Made by a program: the position numbers and the translations under genes. This document shows positions 1 through 12,268 of a stretch of 64,000 nt of DNA, piece by piece. Source of the stretch: Hormiphora californensis (taxonomy: Eukaryota > Animalia > Ctenophora); assembly GCA_020137815.1 (NCBI GenBank), contig CM035361.1, forward strand, positions 2,418,001 to 2,482,000, written 5' to 3'. Numbering within the stretch: position 1 is the first letter of the stretch; each line of letters begins with the position of its first letter. Below the pieces are notes generated by a model that made no database searches, was not told the DNA's origin, and worked only from the letters and a program-made list of their open reading frames with translations.

Positions 1-9
1 AATTTGCAG

Positions 10-2089
10 GTTGGACACAACAAAGCAGAAGATAACACAGTGCTCTAAGACAATGTCTGTTATTCTAAACTCTCACTTTCTGGATGATCGCAGTGCTAAC
101 CTTATACGAGATACCTTTACTCAGGTACCAATCTTGTCTCTCACATTAGTTATTGTACCAATCTTCCTTTATCTCTCGGCTTAGTTATTGTAACAATCTC
201 TCTTTTGTTCACAGACAGAGGTAGATTGGAAGGGGTTCGGTTTGGATGTCCAGGAGCATGGTCGGGATATCGATCTCACAATCGAATTCTTTGAGGCAGC
301 GGAACGGGTCGCAACATACATCGCTGAAGGTGATATTTGAAAATATGTAGTAGGATATGTTTTGTATGTCAAGCTCTCACTAATTGTTATTTTGAGATTT
401 TCAAAGCCGAGTCTGAACAATCTCTGAACAATATAGTACAACTGATTTGAACGGGCTTTTACAGCCTCAACAATATATCACAACTTCTAACATAATTTCC
501 CTGCTTTTCAGAAGAGAGAGCCTCTTCCCACCTCCTCAACAACGCCAACATGACCCCTGAAAAAGCGGCTGAGTTCAGTAAACTGCGGCAAACAGTCCGA
601 CAGACAAGCCAACACATGGATTTGTGTCACAGCAAGTTCGTGGAACTGAGCGCTTCAACGAATGCCACGTTGAAGCATATCAGGAGTGTAAAAACAAGGT
701 GAGAACTGAGAGAGTTGCTGCAAGGTATTATACAGATGTTGGTGAGGTATTGGAGAGGTATTGGTGAGGTATTGGTGAGGTATTGGTGAGATATTGGTGA
801 GGTATTTCTGTAGTGGTTTTTCGAAGTATTCGCCATGAGATCTTCTTCTGACCCGCTTTATTTGTTTACCGTTCCCAGATGTTTGACATGCAGAGAGTTT
901 AAAAAAACAAACTTGTTGCATTCGCTGCATAATTCTCTCAACACTGTGCAAGCTGGCTTTTCCTCACTATTACATCATTCCAATCCTCAATGATAAATCT
1001 TGTTGAACAGATACTTAAATTTCCTGTTCAGATATACAAATTTCGTTTTCTCCCAGGGTTGATTGTGACTGGACCAAGTTTAGTGAACAAGTCCGGACCG
1101 CTGAAAAGCTTATCGAGGTCTCAGAAGAGGGCAGTGACCAGGTAGAGAAAGTGAGATTGGTATGTTAACTAAGGATAGTAAAAGTGAGATTGTTATGTTA
1201 ACTAAGGAGAGTAAAAGTGAGATTGTTATGTTAACTAAAGAGAGCACAAGTGAGATTGAACTAAGTGAGAACCCCACCAGGAGGATCGGAGCAGTGTTAC
1301 CAGTTTCGAGTTGAATGATGACGACAATGCGTACCGTAACACAAAACTACTGATCCAGGTACCAAAATAGTTACTCTCCAGTCTCCTGAATAATGAGATC
1401 TGAGCAAGAATGAAATAGGGAAGAAAATCGAAAAATTTACTTAGTTATTTTCTCTGAACAATTCTTGGTTTTATAATTCACATCTTTTGAAACTTTTCCT
1501 CCTTTTATCCAGGAACTGGTTAACACAGAACAGACCTATGTAGATGACTTGAAGTCAGTTGTTGAGGGATATAAGGAGAGGATAGAGGCAGCCTCGGATT
1601 GTCCCAAAGTTCTCAAAATTAACTGCACTACTGTGAGTTTAGGAGTCCTCCATTAGTACCATATTACAGTCATAGTATACACATGTGTTGTACGTAACTT
1701 ATAGAATTAGGTGTGATCCAATTATCCAATTAATAATTATTGTTCCACGCAACTATACTAGTATATTTTATTTGTGCCAACACGACTGCAATATATTGCG
1801 TTTAATTACAGCTGTAATTACAATATGTATAGTCACGATAAGTGCTGCACTATCTAACAGTTAACTGTAATAATTGATGATCACAGCGAACCGGAAGCAT
1901 TATATTGCAGTTTAAAGCTGTATAATAAGATGTTTATTGATCACTAGATTAATTTTTCAACTTTTTTTCTTCAGATTTTTGGCAACATCGAGGACATTTA
2001 TAACTTTCACAGCAAGATTTTCCTAGCCGAACTGCAAAGGTAAAAAGAAACTTGCCCACTCTTTTTCTCTCTCTACCTCTATCTCCCTA

Positions 2090-2177
<88 letters not shown>

Positions 2178-5100
2178 TTTCTCTCTAGCTCTCTCTCTCT
2201 CTCAGATCAGTTGAAACCGCTAACGTTGGTACTGTATTTTGTACCAACATCCGCAACTTTGATATGTACGCCACGTATTGCAAGAATAAGCCGCATTCTG
2301 AGAACTTTCTGAGGTGAGGCATATAGTCGAATTTTTTAATCAAGGGACAGGGGCCGCGCAATTACAAAAGTCTTTTTGCGCGTGCTAAACGTTTTCGCTC
2401 ATATCTTCTGTTCCTGATAAGATAAAGACTCGATCTTGGTTGCGTTGAAAAGGTCTTAAAATTATCTTTCCAACGCTTCCGGGTTCAAGTTTTAAGATTG
2501 CCAGGAACTTGATCTCGATTATCACACGCAAATACAAAGCCGCGCGACCCCTCTGAACGCGCGGCCCCCTGTCCCTTGATTAAAAAATTCGACTTTAGAT
2601 ATTTTTGAGTTATGAGATGTATTATATCCATTTTCTGTTACTAAATATCCATGCTTCTTATCGCTGACTTAGCTTAATCTATAATTAGCTAATTGGCTAA
2701 TCACCTAATTAACACACTTCCGTAGTAACATGCAGGAAAGCCCGTTTTTGATCCAGTGCCAGAAGGAATTAAACCACGTTTTAGATCTTAGCAGCTATCT
2801 ACTAAAACCAGTTCAGGTTCGTACCTAATAAACTGTGAATCAAATTTGTTGTACGCAACATAACTCGCCAAAAAAGGCAGGTGGCACCCACTAAATAAAC
2901 TTTAACCCAAATTTCTTGTACTAGTCATACTGACGTACTGACTTCTGTCTCCACTACCATAAATCTCACAATTATTAATCATGGGGACCCCGATTTACCG
3001 GGATCCTCGGGAGAAAGGATCCTGTAAATAGGGATCCGGCGACCGACTGTAATTTAAAAACTCCCCCCCCCCCCCAGAGAATCATGAAGTACCATCTCAT
3101 ACTTGAGAAGTTAATAAAGTACTCTCGATCTCCAAAACGGAAAGAAGAACTGTCTGAGGCGCTCAAGATAATGGCCCGTAAGTGTATACGTGTTTAAACT
3201 TAACTGTTTCCTTGCTTGACCCTGTTTCACAAAAGGGTTTGAACAGAAAAAGTTCTCTTACTACACATGATGAAAAACAGTGTTTTCTTTAATATCACGT
3301 TTTGTTCTCTTACATGAACAACTTGACTTTATTTTGTTGCTACTGCAGTTCATACCAATTATGTGTGTCTAGAAATTAACACATTCGAGTGAAAGGTTAC
3401 GCTGAAATTCATGCATTTTTAAAACTTGAAGTGTTAGTAAACTCTTTGCCTTTTCTCTCCTGCTTTCTGGTGGTCAAAGTGTAAGAGAAAGAAATTTCGT
3501 GTGAATTGAATTGTACTACGGCACGTGCTGCGCCCTTTGAAAATCGAAGTAGCGAGATATAAGAGAAAGGAAGTAAGTAAGAAAGTGAGATAGTGACATT
3601 TACTAAGGAGAGCAAAAGTTAGATTGTGACCTTTACTAAAGAGAGCAAAAGTAAGAAAGAAAGAATCAGACATCATGTTCTCTGGAGTTGTCTTGGGAAA
3701 ATGTAACAATAAAATATATGTACAACCGGATGCATAATAATGTCGTGAGTAGATCCAAAGTCTACGGTTACATGACGCATATTATTCATTCAAACCTTGC
3801 TCTACATACAACATAGTGATCAGTGATCCTTGAAATGAAATAATAAATTAAGTGAAAACCAAAGACCAAAGTTGTTAGTTAAAGGATAATTAAGTGAAAA
3901 CCAACTGTTAATTAATGCCCCCCTTCAGAGGTACCAAGGTATGCTAATGATGTGATACATCTCATGGGTCTGGAAGGGTTTACTGGCAGTTGGGACGATT
4001 TAGGACAGCTCCTTCAACAGGTATTATAACTTGAATAATTAATTAAATACCATGTAGGTAACTGTCAAAAGTTAAATTTCATATCTTTCCTCCATGAAAC
4101 GGGGCAATTTGGCTCTATAATATGATGGGAAGTATTTTGAAAATACCCCAAATGGGAAAATACTATTTCCCCAGTTGGGGTATTGTTGATCACAGTTACA
4201 CAATTTCTCAGGGGGGGGGGGGTTAGCAGTGAATTTTAGCAATTAACGTGACATGCTTGTACCCACACAATATATACACGCTGTGTTTTTCACTGTCACG
4301 CTTACTGTGCAGATCTGTATGCACCTGTGTACGTCTGTCCTAATGTCAACATACAAACACATATATAATATACATGGTGGGCAAATTGGCAGTTATGCGG
4401 CGTTTGGGACAAGAGGCAGGTCGGTAGATCTTTGACAGAATTAAGTGAGATGGTTATATTGCCTTTATAATGTCACTTTACTTTCTCTATTACTAATCTT
4501 CTATAGTGTTTTGGTCCTTTACCAGTTTTATTCTGTTGGAGGTTCATGCGAAAACCATTGAAACATGAAATGAATACACACTGTTCCCTCACACTATATT
4601 TTCATAAAACTGAACATTTGACACATTGGATAATGAACTTATTCACGGGGTCCTAGTAAAATATAGAATGAATGAATGAAATATAGAATTGGAACACACG
4701 GAATGTGTGTTGTTTGTCACATCGTCACATGACGTCATTATATGACGACATAACAGTTGGGGGTTATCGCAGCTCCACACATTTCAGCAGTTTTTAACAT
4801 CAATCCCCTCTCTTCCAGGAGAACTTCTTAGTGTACGTTAACGGGGGGAAGAAGCCAACACCTCGACAGATATTCATCTTTGAGAATGCGGTAAGTGTGG
4901 AACTTGGAGGTCCCATAAACAGATATATAATACTTCTGAAACAGAGCGCTGGTAGGTTCCGTGCAGCGGGTCTAGGAACTCTGAAAGCAAGGGGGGCACA
5001 TTAGGACACATTATAAGGAATTCTAAACTTAGTTGGGGATGGGGCACATCTTCTGGCCTCTGGGAAGGGGAATTAGGGGTTCTGAGTTTAGTAGATCTAG

Positions 5101-5249
5101 AGAGGGTGCAGTTGATCAGATCATGTAACACGTCATGTTACTAGAGGTTTATAGTATAAGGTCTGATCACTGGTAATTTACATACACGTGGTTATATTGC
5201 TGTGTGATTGCATCTCTCTTCGTCTACTATAACACCCACCCGCCCTCTC

Positions 5250-5280
<31 letters not shown>

Positions 5281-5559
5281 CTCTTCCCTCTCTATCTCTC
5301 ACTTGGCAATAAAGTTCTTTAAATCTCTAACAAGTCAGATCATCTCTAGACTATCTTCCTCTCTCAACTACCGGCCCTCTCTCCGCTATCATTCTCTATC
5401 GGCTATCTTTCTCTCGCGGCTAAGTATGTACAAGGGTAGAAACTGTCTCTACCGATCACGCTGTGAGTGTGATTAGTATAATTCCCTAGAATCCGATCCC
5501 TGCAATATTTCCCAGCAAGTGCAATCGGCGTGTAATGTGTATCTAGCGTGTCTAGGAGG

Positions 5560-5591
<32 letters not shown>

Positions 5592-8580
5592 GAGAGAGGG
5601 AGTGTGTTTCTGAGTTTCCCTCCCCTTTCTCCAATATATATTAAATATCTCTCCCTTTCTGTGTATTCAGAGTTTTTGTTATTCTCTCTCGGCTGGGTGG
5701 TGTAGTGGTAACACACTCGCCTCTCATGCAGAAGGTCCCGGGTTCGGGACCCGATGCAAGCCGTCTAGTTGACCGAGCTATAAATTGGTACAGCAACTGC
5801 TGGAAAGTCACACTCCCTTGCACGTAGGGCTGGTCCCCAGACTGCAAGTTTAGTACTCCGGTACGGAGTGGCTTAGGACTTCAATCGGAGATAAGCACCG
5901 CAGGCATTGATACCCAATGATTGGGAGAGACCTGGACTTTGACTTTGTCTCAGCCACAGAGAGAATAACAAAAACTCTGAATATCAAACATGAGGCTAAT
6001 AAACAGTTATCCGATCACCCAACTGTCTACTATCGTCCTTTCTGTGTACTGTCCGAGGCTGTGTATACAGTGTTTAGTACACACTACACAGCTCCAGTGA
6101 TCGATTATCAAGAACCCCCTCTCTGTTCATTACACACACAAACACCCTACTCTATTTGTAATTAGTACATTATATCATCCCCACTTGGTTGTGAAATAGC
6201 CCCTCTATAATGACCCCTCTGTAATGACCCTCTATAATGACCCTTCTAATTCTCTAATCCATTATTCCAGGTTCTGTTTAGTAAACCGGTCCCCCCAAAG
6301 AAACCATCTCAATCCAGAAAGGTAAGATCTAAAAATCTAAATTTGTTTGATTTGTGTGTGTTCTACTTTCGCCAAAAAACAGCAAAATGTAATTCTTTTC
6401 GCCACATTGCAAGACGTGTGTGTACATGTTGTGTCATGTAAATTGTGTTGCCTGTGATATGTAGATCTGTTTTGCAACAAAATGTTTGTTCATCTGTTCG
6501 TTGTGTTCAATTGCATTCTACGAATGAAAATTACCTATTGCCAATAGTTCATTTTCCAATAGTATTGGACTAGGATGATAAACTTTCCAATATAATATGT
6601 CTTTCTGGACCGAACTTTTGAAGTTTAAAGTCATTATAAAACAAGAGTGTATGTGCCAAATTCTTTACCTAGCTGTAGCGAGAAGTGTTGATAAGCAATA
6701 AATTCCTTTTGGACAACTCTGCTTTTTCTCACCCTACCCCAGAATCTATCTCACTGTTTTATTTCTAAGCGTTTTCTACCCAAAGTTAATGGTAGTATCG
6801 ACTTGATTACTGATCAGACTATAACGTGACTACGGAGGCAAGGGGTGAAACGATGATTTAACTTTTCGATGGAGCCAGTTATTGCAACGTGATTTCCTAG
6901 AAAAGGGGGAAGAAATGGGAACTGTTTTGATTGTTCAGTTTCGAAATTTTGCGTAACAAATAGTTAAATTCGCTTGGACATTCAAAGAGGGATTCGTAGA
7001 CAAAAGAGACCTTACAAATCACATGGGCGTTTGTTTGTATGTGTGTGTGTGAAAGCAATTTGGGGGTGAGAATTTGCATTTAAACCTACACCCGAGATAA
7101 TAAATGTATGAGAAAACAATTTTCATGATGTTACTTCTGCTTCTTCTGTTCAGTTTTTTACACTGTCAGTATCCATTGAATAAGAGCTCTCTATTTCCAT
7201 TCATACAATCAATGTATTCCCCCCCCCATAACACAAGGCCCAGGGCACAACTACTGCATTCCTTTCTCAACTCCGGTTTCTCTAGCCCTGCCACCCCGTA
7301 ATTAACATAATACAACGTCAAGGCCACACGGGAATTACCTATCTCAACAGTCAACTTCCATTTCTCTAACTCTACATTACCCCTTTAGGTATCCATAGCG
7401 CCCACACCCAAGTATAGTTACAAGGGCCACTACCCCTTTTCACAACTTAAACTGACACGTTTCGTGAATGGTGATGCGAATAGGTGAGTGAAACAAGAGC
7501 AATGTGTGTCCAGGTTAATTAGGTGATACAGTCAGACCCCAATTTACCGGGATGCTCGGGGAAAGGGGTTTGCCCGGTAAATCGGGGTGCCCGGTATATC
7601 GGAGTCAAATACTGTTCATTTTCTCTACTTGGAGATGTTTATCCTTCCGGTAAATCTGGGTTCAAAGCTGTATGATGTTTTTATTTTTATAATTGTTTTG
7701 AGGAAATTAAAGAGATACAGTGACTGGATAATTCACCTACCGTTGCACATTGTTATTGTGGTACTATTAGAGTAGTCAGGGCAATGACTGGTTAGTTGCT
7801 TGTTCTAACGCTGTAGAGCAAGGACTGGAAAGTGGAAAATTACCGTGCTGACTAGAAAACCAGAAAGCTGTATGGGACAGGTCAAATTACATATATTGTT
7901 TTTGAGGGCTAGAAGACTGTCATGCATATAAAATTAATAGATGATAATATAGAAAAATAAAGGCCATAATTATGATGAACGTTAGAAATGAAGAGAAATA
8001 GAGAGAAAGAAAAAAAATTGAAGCTGTGGCCTAATGGAATTATAACATCGCATAATATTATGCCGTGAATTGTAATATGCGATTTATGAATCATCTAATG
8101 GAGTTACACTCTCTAAATCTCTACCTTTTAGTGTCTAGCAACAACACGGGGAAATAAGGACAAGAATTGTTGATATCATTTGATGTTTTTTAAAATCCCA
8201 AATTATTTTTTCAGTGTGTTATTCCAGTTGATAATGTACAGGAAGGATCAAAGGAACGCATGTGAAACATTTACTATACAGGTATATGCAGTTACTCACA
8301 AGTACACTAAGTGATAAGTGAAGTAACTTGCTTTCTATAAAGTTGCTTTAGTTCGAAATTTAATTCTCAAGTAGCTCTTTTTTTCTTGTCTTGTTCATTT
8401 ACTGAAACACGATAGAGACAATCCTGAACAAGCGGAACAAGTCAACTTGTAACAAGAATATTAATTATTTTCCAGGCGTCAACGACCACAGTACGAGATA
8501 AGTGGGTGGATCGGATCGATTCTCTGCTCATATCACAACTCACAATGCCAAAAAGTCGTGCGGCATCACATGTTCTTTAG
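10..8580 (+). CDS. Dbl-family RhoGEF (DH-PH), 5'-partial, about 18 exons; resembles PLEKHG4/MCF2L/Trio-type GEFs
   Basis: GT-AG exons translate to DH motifs ELVNTEQTYVDDLKSVVEGY (1513-1632), IFGNIEDIYNFH (1975-2039), YATYCKNKPHSE (~2206-2313), LSSYLLKPVQ/RIMKYHLIL (~2726-3177). PH motifs follow: LGQLLQQ, RQIFIFENAVLFSK, and ASTTTVRDKWVDRI...stop (8476-8580). Confidence 0.92.
2325..2594. mobile_element. MITE with ~32-bp terminal inverted repeats in a RhoGEF intron
   Basis: AGTCGAATTTTTTAATCAAGGGACAGGGG at the left end; CCCCTGTCCCTTGATTAAAAAATTCGACT at the right end. Confidence 0.85.
5691..5947 (+). mobile_element. tRNA-derived SINE
   Basis: tRNA-like head with A box (TGGTGTAGTGG) and B box (GGTTCGGGACCC), imperfect cloverleaf, ~180-bp body and a (GACTTT)n tail. 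Confidence 0.8.
7529..7670. mobile_element. pogo/Tc1-type MITE (TA|CAG...CTG|TA); related pieces at ~2985-3051 and ~21560-21665
   Basis: TA flanks, inverted CCCAATTTACCGG / CCGGTAAATCTGGG ends; CGATTTACCGGGAT recurs in the other copies. Confidence 0.7.
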
Positions 8581-9346
8581 GGCAGAGATAGTGAAAGAGA
8601 GAGAGAGAGAGAGAGAGAGTGTGTGTGAGAGGGAGAGAGAGAAAAGATAGTTTGTTGAAGAAAAAAAAAAGAGTTTTTGTGTGACTTGGACTTAATCTTC
8701 TTTTTAATTCTCCCTAAAAAGTTGTAAAATCGTATTTGATTTATTTGAAGATTTTAAACATTCTCTTTTTATTGAGATTTTTCATTCTTATCTGTTAGTT
8801 ATGTGGTATAACATATTGTTCCAAACATCACAACGCCAAGCCACTGGATGGCACTCCAAGCAACAGAACAATTTCAACTGTTGAGACTTTTTGTAACGCG
8901 CGAATCGTTTGTCCTTTGGTATCTCGCGCGAGTCCTTGGCAATCACCGCGCCAACAGATCCAGACTGTCAAGAGCTACATTTCAAAGTGTTCACTGCCGC
9001 GTCGCCAACCTTGTCATGATCATGTTTGCAAGCGCCGTGTCGCGATTCGAAAATACCGGCCGCGGTTTTTACTTTTTAGGGAAAAATCGCGACTGACGAG
9101 GTTGAAAAGTGCTGCCAGCAGCGTTTGCCAACTGACGAGGCACGTTCTTGACAAAAAACCCAAACTTTCTAGCCCCTGGACCCTGCTTCCCAGCTTGCGG
9201 GGGCTCTGCACCCTGTGATGGGTAGTTTTACCCCAGGACCGAGGCTGCCGCTCCTGGCCCCGGACACCCTGGTGGCTGGACGACTTGCACCCCTGCCAAT
9301 TTATGTACAGACTACAGATAACTTGACTTCTATATCAATTTTTATA

Positions 9347-9511
9347 TCTGAACCGGTAAAAATCCGGTTTCGGCTGTTGGAATGCGTGGCAGGTCCCGGC
9401 CCGCAACGAGGGCCGAGGGGCATTCCAATTTCGGCTGCTGAATCAGAGTTTGGCATGTGTTTTTACAGTTTCTGCGTGTGTATCCCGCAATGCGGGGCCT
9501 CGTTATACTAG
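9347..9511 (+). mobile_element. Probable short non-autonomous Helitron (3' end clear, 5' end tentative)
   Basis: GC hairpin CCCGCA-A-TGCGGG (9484-9496) lies 11 nt before CTAG|T (9508-9512); candidate A|TC 5' end near 9347. Confidence 0.5.
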
Positions 9512-9593
9512 TGGATTGTGTAAAAAATAGAGAATAGAGGGACATTTTCCCTCTATTCTCTAATTTATATTCTCTAATGCTATTGTTATAGCA

Positions 9594-11123
9594 ATGTCAA
9601 GAAGAAGAAGAATGTCAAATCCAGAGGAAGATTGTAGTAGCCCGGAACGCAGCGTCAAGCGACTCAAGATAGATGAGGAGGTTGAGTCGGTACCGGATAA
9701 CCTTGTTCAACTCTTCCACCCAATATTTGAAGAATGGTCTACCGCTCCAGAAAGAGAGGGAGAACCGACCATCCACCGTCTACCTGAGGATACACTTTTT
9801 ATTATTTTCAAATTTTTGAATTTCAAGGACATGGATGTTTATGCGATGGTGTGTAAGAGGTGGTATAATATGTTCCGGTCTGTTGCTTCATCAATTCGGT
9901 ACTTTGATATAGGGCGCGGCACCTCAATGGCCACAGCAGCCAAAGTGATACTGTCAGGACGAGAAACGCTGCGACGAATCCATATGTGCCCGATGTGGTC
10001 ACTAAACATTGAAATCTTTACTGCAATTGGATTGTGTAAGAATCTCACACATCTCAGGTTTGAAGGTGTGAAACTCGCCCAAACATTTTCTTCTAACCCA
10101 CCTCCAGCATTAGAAGTTCTGTCGTTTGATCACTGCTCAAACTTAAATGAAAAATACTTAAAGTTGATGCTGACCAATTTACCTAAATTGAAAGAGCTAG
10201 ATATAAATCCCGGAGTGAATCTTGAGCAATCTTTTAGGCAATGGAAAGATTTAATCACGGGTGAATGTATTTCATTTTGCTTAAAAAGCAATCCGATAAG
10301 ATCTCTTAAAATAGGTTTTTGTGATGATGTGTCACACCGAACTTTGATTCTCAACCTTAAACAGTTTTGTACCACTTTGGAAGAACTAGGAGTGTCCTCA
10401 AATTCGATCAGTGAACAGCCTCGAGACCCTGCTGAAGAAGAAGAAGACCCTGCTATACCATTGATGCCTAAGATGAAAACACTAGATATAGTTATGCTTG
10501 ACGGGCACATCGATATATCATTGTTATTGTTTGAGCGGTTACTGAACTCAATGCCGAATTTGGAGAACCTGAACTTTGACGGCACTTACGTGAGAACCTT
10601 CCAACCAATTGGGTTAATGCCGCAGTACCCAAATATGAACCAATTCATCGTGCCAATAATCAACAATTGTCCAAATCTTGTATCTCTGAAGTTTAATGCG
10701 ATGTTTTGTACAGAACTGGAGAAAGTCCAAAATCTTCATCAACTGAAAAGCCTTCACGCATCCCTTGACAAAGGAGAGGCTCATGATTGGTTAACACGGT
10801 GTCCCTCCCTCGTTAACTTGACCTTGAGATCTACAATCACTGATGATGACGTTGCTGCAGCGATAATTGCTCTGGAAAACCTTGAAACCCTGGACATAAA
10901 CTTCTGCAAAAATATAACCGGGACTTTTTTGAAAAAGCTTGAAAACATTCAACGAATATCGCCTCGTCTTGTTATTAGATGCGATCTTGAAAATCTTGAT
11001 TCTAATTCCACACCAGCCTTTATTTCTTTGAATCTACGAGAAAAATTTACCTACATTGAGAGAACTGGATTTAGTCCAAATATAATATATCATGGGCCCG
11101 GAATATTTAGCTACCGGAGCTAG
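9594..11123 (+). CDS. Intronless F-box/LRR-repeat protein (509 aa)
   Basis: F-box motif LPEDTLFIIFKFL...VCKRW followed by cysteine-containing LRRs (LEVLSFDHCSNL, LETLDINFCKNIT). Confidence 0.92.
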   Translation: MSRRRRMSNPEEDCSSPERSVKRLKIDEEVESVPDNLVQLFHPIFEEWSTAPEREGEPTIHRLPEDTLFIIFKFLNFKDMDVYAMVCKRWYNMFRSVASSIRYFDIGRGTSMATAAKVILSGRETLRRIHMCPMWSLNIEIFTAIGLCKNLTHLRFEGVKLAQTFSSNPPPALEVLSFDHCSNLNEKYLKLMLTNLPKLKELDINPGVNLEQSFRQWKDLITGECISFCLKSNPIRSLKIGFCDDVSHRTLILNLKQFCTTLEELGVSSNSISEQPRDPAEEEEDPAIPLMPKMKTLDIVMLDGHIDISLLLFERLLNSMPNLENLNFDGTYVRTFQPIGLMPQYPNMNQFIVPIINNCPNLVSLKFNAMFCTELEKVQNLHQLKSLHASLDKGEAHDWLTRCPSLVNLTLRSTITDDDVAAAIIALENLETLDINFCKNITGTFLKKLENIQRISPRLVIRCDLENLDSNSTPAFISLNLREKFTYIERTGFSPNIIYHGPGIFSYRS

Positions 11124-11293
11124 TTACAATGGTGCAGGGCCCTGCTGACACTGTGGCGCACGCTACTTTAGATGCAATTCACATCGAAATCCCTGCTAGT
11201 CAATCGAAGATGTCGCGCACATGGGATTCTCCCAGCTAGCGCCTGGTGCTGGTTACCGATCCTGGTGCTAGTTTCAAATCTGTAACTGGAGCG
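11095..11293. mobile_element. MITE family ending ...AATCTGTAACTGGAGCG|TA; other copies ~15235-15453, 35601-36023 (inverted dimer), ~55905-55970 and ~56555-56690
   Basis: Shared core CTGACACTG..GCGC..CTACTTT..ATGCAATTCACATCGAAAT and shared termini between copies. Confidence 0.85.
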
Positions 11294-11490
11294 TAAGCAG
11301 TCCTCCGAACAACCTGAAGAAAATGCAGATGGTGAAGAAACTGAAGATTCAAAAAGTGAAGACTCAACATCAAACAGTTCTGATACTAGTAATTTTAGTG
11401 ACTAGAATAGTACACTGATAATAATGATTGAATCAGGATGAGAGTAGTGACTAGAATAGTACACTGGTAAAGGAGAGTGTGGGTTATCAC

Positions 11491-11799
11491 CTGTCTGGCG
11501 CCGCGACCCCATCTGAGCTCATTCATCACTGTCGCACACTCACAGTGGTCATCCGACATAATCCGACGAGAAATTCGACCTGAAATTCGACCTGGAATGC
11601 GCCACGCGTCAAAGAGGCGTGCCGCACTAAGCAAATGCTGTCACGCTTCAATTCTTCTCTCTCGTTAGTCTTTACGTCTCTCTCACTACGCATGTCGCAT
11701 TCCAGGTCGAATTTCAGATCGAATTTCTCGCCGAGCTGTGACAATTATGTCGGATGACCACTGTCAGAAAATCAAATGGGGTATGGCGCCGCCATACAG
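11491..11799. mobile_element. MITE with CTGT...ACAG ends and 8-bp TSD GTTATCAC
   Basis: TSD at 11483-11490 and 11800-11807; imperfect TIRs; related copies at 58611-58701 and 45164-45212. Confidence 0.85.
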
Positions 11800-12268
11800 G
11801 TTATCACTTGATGTATGTAGCATGTATGATAATCTTTTTACAATTTATTATGTGAGACGACCCAATTTATGGGGCACAATATATCCGTCTAATTTCACTT
11901 TTCACTTTAGTCCGAGGTGACAACTGAAAAGAGATGGAAGTGTGCCCCATATACCTTGGCGTGGCACAATGATTCTTTTAGCATGTTTTAAATCACCGTG
12001 TTTCGAATTCTACTCCTCTCAGCTACATAAATGGTCTAAAGTTAGGGTTGAAATACTTCACTTAGCAATTGATAACTAGTATATGTGTGAGATTGAATGT
12101 GTCTGTATGTCTGTAAATCTGTCTGACAACAAACAAACAGACAAAAAACAAACATACAAAATCATTAAACAAATAAATAGACAAAAAAAAGCAAACAAAC
12201 AGACATAAAGCAAACAGACTACAAAACAAACAGACAAAAAACAAACAGACAAAAAACAAAAATACAAA

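Noticed and set aside
5691-5762. Functional tRNA gene
   Set aside because: Acceptor and anticodon stems are imperfect, and the sequence runs into a body and microsatellite tail typical of a SINE.
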